This document shows positions 1 to 13,552 of a stretch of DNA of 64,000 nt, piece by piece. Location of the stretch: assembly GCF_006345805.1 (NCBI RefSeq), contig NC_043022.1:13082001-13146000 (forward strand), in the 5' to 3' direction. The notes below the pieces were generated by a model. That model saw only the letters and a list, made by a program, of their open reading frames with translations. It made no database searches and was not told the DNA's origin. Source of the DNA: Octopus sinensis. Taxonomy: Eukaryota. Within the stretch, counting starts at the first letter, position 1; each line of letters opens with the position of its first letter. The position numbers were made by a program, and so were the translations under genes.

Positions 1-260
1 GAAAGAAACCTGTTGTGTGTGTGTGTACCTTTGTCTTGGCATCACTTGATTGTTGTAAAGGAGCAGACTGTCACATAATGTTGTTTGTTTCCAACCCCCA
101 TGAAAAACATGCCTGGTTAAGGGGATCCATTACATTACTTGGAAGCAGGTGAGGGCTGACAACAGAAAGGGCATCTGGCCACAGAAAATCTGACTCAATA
201 GAAGGTGGTGAGCTGGCAGAAACGTTAGCACACCGGGCAAAAAGCTTAGTTCATCTGCTG

Positions 261-316
<56 letters not shown>

Positions 317-318
<2 letters not shown>

Positions 319-470
319 GAGAAAGTTTACGAAAATAAACAAAAGACGAAGGCAGGTGGTGTACAAACAAACAAATGTATTAGCATAACGCTCAGGAATA
401 GAAAAAGTCTTTTACGTTTCGAGCCTATGCTCTTCGACATGCATGTAGTAGCTAACGATCTATCATGGCG
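317..470 (-). mobile_element. Short interspersed repeat with truncated hammerhead-like motif (same family as 41955-42415)
   Basis: Close match to the two copies at 41955-42415; minus strand reads GAAGAGC-ATAG-GCTC-GAAACGTA, with the 5' part of the core deleted. Confidence 0.6.
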
Positions 471-532
471 CCCAACCCATGCCATCATGGACAACACACG
501 TTAAATAATGATCATGATATATATATATATAT

Positions 533-884
533 CGCTATGGACTCCGAGTGGGCAGTCATCTAAGAGTTTTTGTTCATCTTGATGCTGACATAAGTTCCTT
601 GTCTCTCCTGATGAGAAGGCAGCATAATGCACCCCTTATTCCTTCGAAATTAGGAATATGCAGCCTTCGAAACATATGTCGAGAATAAAGGAATTTTGTT
701 AAATCGTCGTTCAACTCCATTCTTTCATTTATTTATTTGTATTAAAAAACACACAAATTTCCACACAAGAACACGGGGTTTCTGCCCTTGGCATTTAGCT
801 TCAACCGTGTTTTTCTGACGTGAATTTGCTACCCAGGTATCGGTTAACCGAATTATCCATACTAGGATAATTCATTCAACTACT

Positions 885-886
<2 letters not shown>
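533..886 (+). mobile_element. Hammerhead-bearing Penelope-like/retrozyme-like element between (TA)n tracts
   Basis: About 350 nt of non-microsatellite sequence holding the hammerhead and further hairpins (GAATTATCC 850-858 / GGATAATTC 865-873), bounded by (AT)n on both sides. Confidence 0.5.
597..691 (+). ncRNA. Type-I minimal hammerhead ribozyme
   Basis: CUGAUGA core 608-614; stem II GAAGGCaGCAUA (615-626) pairs with UAUGCaGCCUUC (657-668); GAAA 669-672; palindromic stem III ACAUAUGU 672-679; GUC triplet ending at 680; stem I UCUC/GAGA, then a 3x3 internal loop, then CCUU/AAGG. Confidence 0.85.
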
Positions 887-941
<55 letters not shown>

Positions 942-944
<3 letters not shown>

Positions 945-1352
945 CGCAGGAGTGGCTGTGTGGTAAGTAGCTTGTCTACCAACCCCATGGTTCCGGGTTC
1001 AGTCCCACTGCATGGCACCTTGGGCAAGTGTCTTCTACTATAGCCTCGGGCCGACCAAAGCCTTGTGAGTGGATTTGGTAGACGGAAACTGAAAGAAGCC
1101 CGTCGTATATATGTATATATATGTGTGTGTCTGTTTGTGTGTCTGTATTTGTCCCCCTAGCATTGCTTGACAACCGATGCTGGTGTGTTTATGTCCCCGT
1201 TACTTAGCGTTCGGCAAAAGAGACCGATAGAATAAGTACTGGGCTTACAAAAAAGAATAAGTCCCGGGGTCGAGTTGCTCGACTAAAGCGGTGCTCCAGC
1301 ATGGCCGCAGTCAAATGACTGAAACAAGTAAAAGAGTAAAAGAGTAAAAGAG
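942..1352 (+). mobile_element. tRNA-derived SINE with CORE-like central motif, full length
   Basis: A box TGGCTGTGTGG, B box GGTTCAGTCC, CCTTGGGCAAG motif, internal (TA/TG)n, (GAGTAAAA)n tail. Confidence 0.9.
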
Positions 1353-1727
1353 TATATATATATATATTATATATATATAATATATGACAAGCTTCACCAA
1401 GTTTCAATCTACCAAATCCATCAGCAAAGGTTTGATCAGCCTGAAGCTATAAAACACAAAGTTTAACGAAATTCAGGGCCATGGAACTAGGGAGCAAACC
1501 ACATGTCCACAGCCACACCTACAGCTGTGTCTCATACACACACACACATGTTGAGGCTGTCAGATTGATAAGAATTATTATGTTTTCAAACAGGTAAAGT
1601 GGAATGTAAGATAAAGAGAGAGAGAGTGACAACTAAACCCTCAGTCAACACTCACCTGTCCTAACTATCCTCTCTTTCTTGAGTGATGGAAGATACATTA
1701 TCACAGATGTCCCTGCCTGTTTGTGTG

Positions 1728-2110
1728 GAAGCACTCCGTCGGATTACGACGACGAGGGTTCCGGTTGATCCGAATCAACGGAACAGCCTGCTCGTGAAAT
1801 TAACGTGCAAGTGGCTGAGCACTCCACAGACACGTGTACCCTTAACGTAGTTCTCGGGGATATTCAGCGTGACACAGAGAGTGACAAGGCCGGCCCTTTG
1901 AAATACAGGTACAACAGAAACAGGAAGTAAGAGTGAGAGAAAGTTGTGGTGAAAGAGTACAGCAGGGATCACCACCATCCCCTGCCGGAGCCTCGTGGAG
2001 CTTTAGGTGATTTCGCTCAATAAACACTCACAACGCCCAGTCTGGGAATCGAAACCGCGATCCTATGACCGCGAGTCCGCTGCCCTAACCACTGGGCCAT
2101 TGCGCCTCCA
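1728..2110 (-). mobile_element. tRNA-Arg-derived SINE, tail type A
   Basis: Head GGAGGCGCAATGGCCCAGTGGTTAGGGCAGCGGACTCGCGGTC (TCG anticodon-like), B box GGTTTCGATTCC; tail ends GGAGTGCTTCC. Confidence 0.88.
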
Positions 2111-3842
2111 CCCTTGCCTGTTTAGTCCTATAGCATTTAATCCGACCACATCCGGCCTAAATATTCTACTTGTTTTATGCTGAACCTGGTCAGATCCAAC
2201 CTCTCTCACCTACCCTACAATGTCACTCTAAAAATATAGAAGCACACAATTGAAATCTTGAAGCTACAAGATAATAATGTGTGATTAATTCAAAGCAATG
2301 TGGATAAATTAAACGAGACATTTGACAAAGAAATTTGAATGCTAAAGGGTTATGTCTAGTATGGAAAACAAACCATGTAGAGGCTGCTCCATTAGCTTGT
2401 GGAGGGGTAGTAGTTCTTGATGGTGTGTGTGTTGGTGGTTGTGACTGGAGAAGTAATCATGAGTGGTGGTGGTGGTGGTGGTGGTAGTGAAGGTTGTGAT
2501 GAAAGTGGCTGTGGTGGTAGGAGTGGTTTAGTGGTGGTGGTGGTGGTGAGAGTGACAAGGTGAAATAAGGCAGTCCACAATATCCTCCCTTCCCACTCTC
2601 CTTTGATATGCAAATGCTTCCTTAAAACTCTCACCTCAGAGGAGGGGGGAGAGAAATGTTTAGGAGTGAAAGAGAGAAAAGTACATTTCTTTTTTTTATC
2701 TGCAGCTTGATGCTTACTCTGTTGATCACTTTTTGCCAAACCGCTAAGTTACAGAAACATAAACAATCCAAGAGCAGTGGAGGGGGACAAACACACACAT
2801 ACACACGACGAGCTTCTTCCAGTTTCTGTCTACCAAATCCAAGGCTATCGCAGAAGACACTTGCCCAAGGTGCCACGCAGTGGGACTGAACCTGAAACCA
2901 TGTGATTAACCTCAGAGTAAAGACAACCAAGATTTGTGAACCTTTCACAGGTGCAGGAATAGCTGTGGTTAATAAGCTTGTTTTGTAGCCATGTGGTTTT
3001 CGGGTTTGGCACCTTGGGCAAGTGTCTTCTTCTATAATTGCGTCAGGCCAACCAATGCCTCGTCAGTAGATTTGGTAGACGGAAACTGTGTGGAAGCCCA
3101 TTGTGTATGTGAATGCGTGCCTGTGTGTTTGGCCTCCCCTTCCAACGATTGAAGACCGGTGTTGGTTTGTTTACTTACCTGTAACATAGTGGTTCGGTAG
3201 AATAAATACAAGCTTAAAAATAGATACGGGGGGGGGGCCGATTCGTTCAACTAAAATCTTCAAGGTGGTGCCCCAGCGTGGCCGCAGTCGAATGACTGAA
3301 ACAAGCAAAAGATTAAAATTATAGTATCTAAAGTTGGAAATTTTGCTGAAGAAAAGGGAGGAAATGAGAAGCTGTGACGTTCATGCCTTTCTGGAGAAAG
3401 AGAAACAGTTCCAACGGCGATTCCTTTACTACATTGGCAGAAATCTATCGCAGACACTACATAGAAATAGCAGCTAAGTTTCCCCCAAACCATATTTTAC
3501 TCTCTTGGAATAAGGATGCTGTTCCCATACATAAACTATAACACAAAGGCGGGATGGTCACATGTGAATGAGGAGGGGTAGACAGAGGTAGGAATCAACC
3601 GACCCTAGTTCATGACGGGTACTAAATTTAAATACACCGGATGGATGGTGACTTCAGCGAGGTTTGAAGGGACGTAACTGAATAGTATAACATTTAATCC
3701 GGTTATAAAGGGACGTAACTAAATAGTATAACATTTAATCCGGGTGTCATAATAATTAATAACCCTTTGTAACGTTCGTCCTGTTTCGTCCCTTTATGTT
3801 ATAATTAATTTTTGTCAGCCCTTGTGGCCAATAAAAGAATTA

Positions 3843-3878
<36 letters not shown>

Positions 3879-4982
3879 TCTAATTCTGGCACAAGGATAG
3901 TAATTTCAGTGGGAGGGGGTTCAGTCGATTACATCTACCCCGGTACTTGGACGGATATTTCTATTTTGTCGACCCGAAAAAGATGAAAGGCGAAGTTGGG
4001 CTGTGGCGGTATTTCAATTCAGAACGTATAAGAGCCAGAAGGAATACCTCTAAGCATTTTATCGGATGCACAAACGATTTTCTCAACTCGCCGTCCTAAT
4101 AATAATACTAATTCTTTCGACTATAGGGCACAAGGCCTGAAATTCTGGAGTAGGGGACATCTGATTACATCGACCCCACACCCCAGTGCTCGGCCAGTAC
4201 TTTAGTTTATTGGCCGCGGAAAGGGCGAAAGGAGGAATTTCAGCCTAAATGCTCGTATTCAATGAAGACGGTTGTGTGGCGTTCATTCCGTTCTAAGATT
4301 AATTGGAACCGTTATAGGTCATTCAAGTGTTGACCTCTTCTCGACAAGTCTCTGGCTGACCAAAGCACATAAGCTCTGAGTTGTGCTGTGACGTTCATGC
4401 TTTGCCACTACAGAAAGAAAGAGAGAGATAGCCATATACAGATAAGGAAACCAGGGCAACAACAGCAGAAACTGTTTCTTTCATAACATCATCGACTAGG
4501 AATTTCTTTTTTTGTTTTTCATTTCATTATCAGCAATTGTTGCTACCGAATACTTGAGCTTTGGATCCGCATCAGCTGCTACCGTCACCGCCACATTCCT
4601 GAGAACATCAACACCCAGACGTTCCCTCAGACATTTTTAAAAGCCTTTTCAAAATAAAATACAAAAGATAGGAGGCGGGGCGACGTCGCAAGTGAGGGGT
4701 GCTCTAACCAACCGAGGTATGAAGAGGGTGTGGTGGTGTTGATACCTTTCTCAGTGGTATTGCTAACATAAACAATAACAAAAACACAGATAAGATAGAA
4801 TAGACTTTAGTTGATAAAAGTGGCTGAACAGAGATAAAGGTATTGTTATCAGGGAGAGATTTATGATGGAAATCTTGAGGCTTCTAGGACAGAGTAAACA
4901 TATGTCATGTGTGTACATATACACACGCACGTGTCTGTGTATGTATATACATATATCCATACAGATGTGTGCGTTTATGTAT

Positions 4983-5045
<63 letters not shown>

Positions 5046-5255
5046 TACACGTGCACTATTAATCGATAGACAGATATGAGGCAGTAAACATCACACGGTT
5101 TTAAAACACGTGTATACACACACACGTTTGTGTGTGTGTGTATATATAATGTAGCACACACACACATATAATGTATGTATACACACGATTGTTGATCAAC
5201 ACCACACCAAATGTGTATATGTGTGTTTATACGTGCGTGTATGTGTTAGCTACAT

Positions 5256-5290
<35 letters not shown>

Positions 5291-6499
5291 AATATATATA
5301 TATATATATACATACATATATATAATGTAGCAAAACGCATACACAATATTGATCAATAGAAACACATCCACATTACACGCAAATGTATGTTTGCGTGTTA
5401 TATAACATATATGCTCATACACACATAAATATGTATATCTGTGTATACCTGTCTATATATTATACACGCACGACAATACATACACAAACGATCTATAAAT
5501 CTATAAAAAGAATTTTTTTTTCCCAATTCATCGATATTTATTTTCACTAAATTTATATCCTATTTTGAGAAAAACACAACGATTTGGCCGAACGGGTTGG
5601 CACACACCTTCAGCTTACACGGCACATCATGGTTACGGGTTCAATCCTTGCCACTGACTCATTCTACACTAGTTGCTCTCTCATTCATCTCTGCTGAAAC
5701 ATCATCACACAATCTCTCTCTCGCTCCATCTTTATTCCATTCATTGACACACCAGTCAGTGGTGGCTGACTTTATTCATCTTTTTAAAGATTCAGTTTTT
5801 AAAAGCCGGGTCACAGTAAAAATATCACGAAAAATAAATAACGATAGGGACGAGTGGATAAATTATTTTTCAGCGGTGGTGCCCCAGCATGGCCGCGGCC
5901 TTCGGGCTAAAACATTTTAAAGGATTTATAATAATAATACAATAAACACGGAGGTGGCTGTGTGGTTAAAAGGCTGGCTTCCCAACCTTGGGCTCGGTCC
6001 TACTGGGCGGCACCTTGGGCAAGTGTCTTCTACTATAATAGCTCCGAGTTATTTAAACCTATGTGAATTATGTTTCACCCACCAGCACTTGATAACCAGT
6101 GCTGGTTTGTTTACGTCCCCCGTAGCGTAGCGGCTCGGCAGAAAAGTGACCGATAGAACAAATGCCAGACTTTCAGGAGAAGGCAAAAAAAGACGTGAGT
6201 ATCGGAATCGATTTGATCGACTAAAAACTCTTCAAAGTGGTGCCCCAGCATGTCCGGTGACTGATAATTATATATTAATTAATAAATAAATCAATAAATA
6301 AAAAAACCCCACATGCCACTACCATATTTGATCTCTGATTGATTGATTGATTCCACACCAATTATCTTTCCCCTCCATTAACAAGAAATCTATGTCTAAG
6401 CAATATTACATCCTCTCTCTCCACACACAGAGCTCGGTGTAAATAAGAGTTGCTAAATATGTCAAGTGCATATGTGTGGGTCACACGATACAAAACATT

Positions 6500-6541
<42 letters not shown>

Positions 6542-7030
6542 AGGGAGCCGCCGATACGTGGTCGTACAACCTGGCAGAAATAGCAGCTACCACGTTCCCC
6601 TCGAAATATACATCCTACCAGTGGGTTTTCTCCCTTTTTCTTTTCACTGACCCCTCCCCCGCTCCTTTTTTTTTTTTTTTAAGGAAGGGCTCCTTAAATA
6701 ATGAATTCTGGATACACTAAAATACAGGATGGTCACAAGTGGAACGAACTTAATATTATAAGCCTGGCTCGATCAGATATAACCTAGAGCTAAGCATTAT
6801 ATATAAAGGAGTCTGTACGTTTGTATATATATATATGTGTGTATTATATGTATATATATGTGTGTGTTTGTATATATATATATATTATTTCTTTATTGCC
6901 CACAAGGGGCTAAACATTGAGGGGACAAACAAGGACAAAGGGATTAAATCGATTACATCGACCCCAGAGCGAAACTGGTACTTTATTTATCGACCCCGAA
7001 AGGATGAAAAGCAATATACTTATAAAATAA

Positions 7031-7369
7031 GGGTTCAGCAAAGATTTGCTTTACCACATACCGAAGTTTAGAAATAGCAGCCAAAAAAATCTATTAAAAG
7101 CTATTACTTCTACTACTTTAAAAAGGGACTCCTAGAGAAACCAAAATACTTTACCCTTTGTTATTATTGATTATATATATATATTGAGAGGCGCAGGAGT
7201 GGCTGTGTGGTAAGTAGCTTGCTTACGAACCACATGGTTCCGGGTTCAGTCCCACTGCGTGGCATCTTGGGCAAGTGTCTTCTGCTATAGCCCCGGGCCG
7301 ACCAATGCCTTGTGAGTGGATTTGGTAGACGGAACTGAAAGAAGCCTGTCGTATATATGTATATGTATA

Positions 7370-7429
<60 letters not shown>

Positions 7430-7511
7430 TTATTAATTCTTCTACTTCTAAAAAGAGACTCCTAGAGAAACCAAAATACTTTACCCTTTGTTATCATTGA
7501 TTATATATATA

Positions 7512-7549
<38 letters not shown>

Positions 7550-7790
7550 TGTATACCTACATAGGAACAGAGGAAGCGAGTGGGAGGGCGAGTACTCAAT
7601 ACACGAAAGGTAGAGTCTAAAAAAACACACCATCGCTATTCGTGTTTCCTCTCTCAGGATGCGATCATCCTCCTTTCCTCGGATGACACAGTTATCCATC
7701 AGCAAGGTCTGGTGAGCCGTACTCGGTGGTTCCACATATATTTACAATAATATCTAGTTTCAGTATCTCTCAATATATATGCGTGCGTGA

Positions 7791-7839
<49 letters not shown>

Positions 7840-7949
7840 AAGTGCTGTGGTTTTACTGAGATCTCCCTTTTAGGTAGAAAGAATAGCCAAAACTCTTTGA
7901 CTGCTATTTCTAAATTCGGTGTGTGGTGAGGCAAATCGTTGCTAAACCC
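7031..7949. mobile_element. Non-autonomous DNA transposon with ~60-bp TIRs (Kolobok-like)
   Basis: GGGTTCAGCAAAGATTTGC...GAAATAGCAGCCAAA is the inverse of ~7890-7949; flanks are ATAA (left) and TTAA (right); contains an internal ~70-bp direct repeat and a SINE half. Confidence 0.6.
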
Positions 7950-8151
7950 TTAATTACTTAGTGTATATATATATATATATATATAATGGGTGTTCAGAAT
8001 TCGAATGAAATCAGGTTGCCGGGGTACCTACAATATAGGCACCAATAATCTAGTGTACACATTACAATCGACTTAACATATATATATACATATATAAAGT
8101 CGATTGCTCAAAATTCCCCTCTTTACAAGGTTGGCGTTGTGCCTGGCCAAA

Positions 8152-8219
<68 letters not shown>

Positions 8220-8472
8220 GTGTAACTTTGTAATATATTATAGTCTCGCATCGAATGTAGAAATATTATTATATTATAGAATAGTTATGTCAATTGTGAA
8301 TCGGGTAAAAGGTGTAGAAGAAGAAGAAAGTGGAGGTGACGGTAGTAAGAAATTAGGAAATAAACAATAGAGAAAGATACAGAGTAGAGGTATTATGAGG
8401 TAGATTATATAAGAGATAGATAGATCGATAGATAGATAGAGGAATAAGAGTCGATATGTAGTTAAATATAAG

Positions 8473-8525
<53 letters not shown>

Positions 8526-8884
8526 AGTAGAGAGTAGGGGATAGATTGATAGATAGATGGCCATAGAGTGTATTAGAACCAACAGTCGATTGTAGGGGGT
8601 CATGTCTAACAGTTAATAGTATAGCAGCATCGGCAACAACAGAGAATCATTTGATTTCGATCTTAACAGAAAATCGGTTAAGAATCAACGACAAATAATA
8701 CACATACGTACAAATATATATGCATACATGTATACACACATATACACGATAGATAGATAGATAGATAGATACGATATACACACAATATATATATACATAT
8801 ATATACTTTATACATACACACATCTTTACAAACCATATATATATATACTTTATACATACACACACATCTTTACAAACCCCCACA

Positions 8885-8918
<34 letters not shown>

Positions 8919-9713
8919 TTTATACATACACACATCTTTACAACCCCACATATACTATATATATACACACAAATCTTTACAAAGCCCCACATACTATATA
9001 TATATGTATATATATTCATTTATATAAACACAAGGGGGGAAAACATTACACCCAAAAAAACATAGATAATGGAATAAACGAAAAGAAAACCGAAACATCC
9101 CTTCTTAGCTTTTTTTTTCCCCCTCCTTTTACTCTTCACTTTTGTGAAAAATCATCAAAATATATATATATTTTTGGTTACTTACCGAACGTATCTGTCT
9201 TCTGAATATGTAACATATGAAACTCCATATTTTGGCTGCTAATATGAAGAAACCTCGTAATCCCATAACAAAGTAGGTGATCATTAGTGCAGCATGGAAT
9301 GGTCACAGATCTTTGAGGGAAGAAGAGAAGTTACCTGCTTGAGGCGTCGAAGAAGAAGAAGAAGAATCTCCACAGAACACAAGAAGCAAGACCCTCTCCA
9401 CCACCAAGTCTTACCTCTCTTCACTCAAAACAAACACACACACACATATATATATATACACATATATATATATCTATATAGATAGATAGATAGATAGATA
9501 TTTAAGAATTAGTGTGTAGAAATATATAGAGATTTATATATCTAACACATATATATATATATTTATATATACACTTCAAAAAAACAGTGTGTGTGGTATA
9601 TATATATGTGTAGTATACACATTGGAGTTTATTTGATAGATATATATATATATATTTAAGAATCTATGTGTAGAAATATATAGAGATTTATATATATCTA
9701 ACACATATATCTA

Positions 9714-9752
<39 letters not shown>

Positions 9753-10754
9753 TTATATATATACTTCAAAAAAGCAGTGTGTGTGGTATATAAATGTGTG
9801 ATATACACATTGGTAGTTTATTTCATGGTATATATATATATATTTGAAAAAGGGAGTTAATAGTGGTTGTATATATGTGTTATAGAGAGGTAATGTGTGT
9901 ATACAGACATGTATATATATATATATAAATATGTTATATATGTGTATTATATTAATGTGTGTGTGTATATATTTCGTGTATATATATATATATATATATA
10001 TTATATTATATTAAATGGAGGTAGGGTGTGTGTAGATACATGTAAATACGTGTATATTATACGAAGTCAGTGTGAATATATATACACACGCAGCACAGAT
10101 TCATATAGATATATGATATATGTGTGTGTGTATGTATATTATGTAAACTTATGAATTACAACACATAAAAACACATATATATATATATAAAAATATGTGT
10201 GTATGGTGTGTATATATGGATGTGTGTATACTAGGTCCATAGGTTCTTCCCGATCTTGGTGGTAGAAGCAGTAGCAGGGGGTTCCTGGTGGTATTTCTTT
10301 CCTTCCTTCCTTGCTGCTGCCCTTAATATTTGGTATTAAATGTTGTGTAAAAAAAACCTAAATGAATAAAAAAAATTAAAAAAAACCCCAATACACCAGC
10401 AGCACTAACAGCAGCTACTACTACTAATAGTAGTAGTATTAGTGTCAATAGTAGCTCTTACTCCAAGCTGTATTGGTTGGAAATGTAAAGAGAGGAGCGC
10501 CTCTGCTTTCACTCAAAGTCTCTCACACTAAACTGATGACCTTTTTTTTTTTTTTTTTTTTATTCTGGCGGTAATGCAACAGCATGCAGAGTAAAACGGT
10601 GAATTTATCTCCAGCGACCCGCTTTAACATAATTCCTGTCAGACTAGAAAGACCGGACGGAACAGAACAGAACGGAACGGAACGGCGGGGCGGGGGACGG
10701 GGGGGAAGGGAGGCTTGAGAAGATATTTCACGTTTAAATTTTCTTAATTGTTTT

Positions 10755-11015
10755 TTCTTTTCTTCTTTTTAAGTTATTAAATACGGTTTTTTTTTTCTTT
10801 TTTTAATTTATTAAATACGTTTTTTTCTTCTTTTTACGTTATTAAATACGCTTTTTTCTTTTTAAGTTATCAAATATGTTTTTTTCTTTTTAAGTTATCA
10901 ATTTTTCTTTTTAAATTATTAAATACGTTTTTTTTTTCTTTTTAAGTTAAATACGTTTTTTTCTTTTTAAGTTATTAAATACATTTTTTTTTTCTTTTTA
11001 AGTTATTAAATATGT
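10755..11015. repeat. ~27-bp T-rich minisatellite (TTTTTTCTTTTTAAGTTATTAAATACG), about 9 units
   Basis: Read directly from the sequence. Confidence 0.85.
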
Positions 11016-12386
11016 CTTTATTACCAACAGAGATAATAAATACATGTATAACACGTATATATATGATACATATTTATATATAATATAAAAGCCACATTAA
11101 ATTAAAAACCCAAAACGGAAGAAAACAAACATGAGCGAAGAAAAAAAAAAAATTCTTAATTAGATCTCGTGCTATAAATAAAAGCATGTAGATATGGCAT
11201 ACCTACACAAGTGTACCCCATTCCGACTTTGTTTCCTCTTAACTTCCAGGAAAATTGATATTTTTTAATGAAATTTTCTACAAATAGCTTTCACGTGGTA
11301 TCGATTTTTATATCGGAATTTGTTGTGAAAATTTTTTTTCGGAGGTGAGGAACAGGCAGCAATTATATTGGAATTTCATGCCAAAAAAAAAATTGGTCAG
11401 CGCACACCCGTACACTGACACGCATCACATATCTACAAAATGAAACTTGAAATTTTGGGGGAAATTTATGAGACGTGTTACTGTGTGCACACAGACCACT
11501 TTTTTTTTCTACATTTAAATTCTGATTCTATCGTAATCTACACCACGGGAAAGGCTTTAGTAGAAAGTTTTATTTTTTTGAAAATATCCATTTTTCTGAA
11601 AGTTATGAAGAAACAAAATCCACTCGTGTCAATTATCCGAAACTTCTTCCACACTTTCTCAACAAATTCCCATGTAATCATTATCTACCCCCTCTGAAAG
11701 CTGTGAGGAAACAAAGTCTAGTGGTGGTGGTGGCACACTTGTATAAGTATATCGTAAAAATTGGATTGAGGGGGGAAAAACTCATTTGGATTATATTTCC
11801 TGCAAGGCCAGAAAGACCGAACGGAACAGGGCTTCAAAATTAAGATATTTTACGTATTAAAACTTTCTAAATTAGGTCTCAAATGAAGCATATTAATGCT
11901 GAAAATAACGTGTAAATATTGAGTTGAAAAACCCTTTTGGATTAGCATTCAGGTGCTTCGAGATCCAGCTCCAAAAAAAGAGTTATTTTACGTTCTCTCG
12001 AAAGTTTATAAATTCCTCTGATATTCTAATTAGATTTGATTTTAATATATTTTCTCGTACTTACATTGCTGAACTCTTTTAAACAAAATTAATTATATAA
12101 GAAAGAAGTTTTCTGGATTTTTAAAAAAATCTCTTATTGATGTAAAATGTTATCTGTCTTGAACCTGATTTTAAGGTGAGGCGAGAATGAGAGACAAAAA
12201 AGTTTTTCACGATACTATTATGACATAATATCTTACATATTACATCGTGGAGAATCTAAGAAGGTGAGAAAGATCAATTATGTGATGAATGAATTAAATT
12301 TGTGCTCAAACAGTAACATGTGTCTTCGTAGAGAGAACTGAGGAGAAATAGGTTGGAATACTACGAGGAAGAGGGGGAGGAGATTA

Positions 12387-12417
<31 letters not shown>

Positions 12418-12599
12418 TTCTCAATGAAATGTTTTACAAGATTTTAAAAAATGGGTAATTGAAAAACTAATTAATTTTGCGATTGACTAAAAATAATATT
12501 GCTGACGTTTTTATTTCATTTTTATTTTGCTGTAATTAATTCCTGTGTATTATATATATATTATATTATATATATATATTATATTATATTATATATATA

Positions 12600-12995
12600 T
12601 ACTCTTTACTCTTTACTCTTTTACTTGTTTCAGTCATTTGACTGCGGCCATGCTGGAGCACCGCCTTTAGTCGAGCAAATCGACCCCGGGACTTATTCTT
12701 TGTAAGCCCAGTACTTATTCTATCGGTCTCTTTTGCCGAACCGCTAAGTGACGGGGACGTAAACACACCAGCATCGGTTGTCAAGCAATGCTAGGGGGAC
12801 AAACACACATATATATATATATATACATATATACGACAGGCTTCTTTCAGTTTCCGTCTACCAAATCCACTCACAAGGCATTGGTCGGCCCGGGGCTATA
12901 GCAGAAGACACTTGCCCAAGATGCCACGCAGTGGGACTGAACCTGGAGCCATGTGGTTGGTTAGCAAGCTACTTACCACACAGCCACTCCTGCGC
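12600..12995 (-). mobile_element. CORE-like SINE, full length
   Basis: Reverse complement of the 942-1352 family. Confidence 0.9.
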
Positions 12996-12997
12996 CA

Positions 12998-13103
12998 TAT
13001 ATTATATTATATTATATATATATATTATATATATATTATATTATATATATAATATTATATATTATTATATATATATTATATATATATTATATATATATAT
13101 TAT

Positions 13104-13149
<46 letters not shown>

Positions 13150-13410
13150 ATATATATTATATATATATATTATATATATTATATTATATATATTATATAT
13201 TATATATATATATAATATATATATTATAATATATTATATTATATATTATATATATATATATATATATTATATTATATTATATATATTATATTATATATAT
13301 ATATATATATTATATATATTATATATATATATATATATTATATTATATATATATATATATATTATATTATATATATATATATATATTATATTATATATAT
13401 ATATATATAT

Positions 13411-13441
<31 letters not shown>

Positions 13442-13450
13442 GATATATAT

Positions 13451-13495
<45 letters not shown>

Positions 13496-13506
13496 TATAT
13501 ATATAA

Positions 13507-13544
<38 letters not shown>

Positions 13545-13552
13545 TATATATA
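12998..13552. repeat. Almost pure A/T tract of (TA)n/(TTA)n
   Basis: About 550 bp with a single G. Confidence 0.95.

Noticed and set aside
3371-4400. Identical 16-mer GCTGTGACGTTCATGC at 3371-3386 and 4385-4400, each after a minus-strand acceptor-like site
   Set aside because: The 3371 copy is followed by degenerate repeat sequence (AGAAATAGCAGC family, also near 6575 and 7070), so two old repeat fragments are more likely than duplicated exons; the encoded peptides are short and unrecognisable.
10620-10740. GC-rich G-run patch as a promoter or G-quadruplex element
   Set aside because: The flanking sequence recurs at ~11795-11855, indicating a degenerate repeat; no linked gene is evident.
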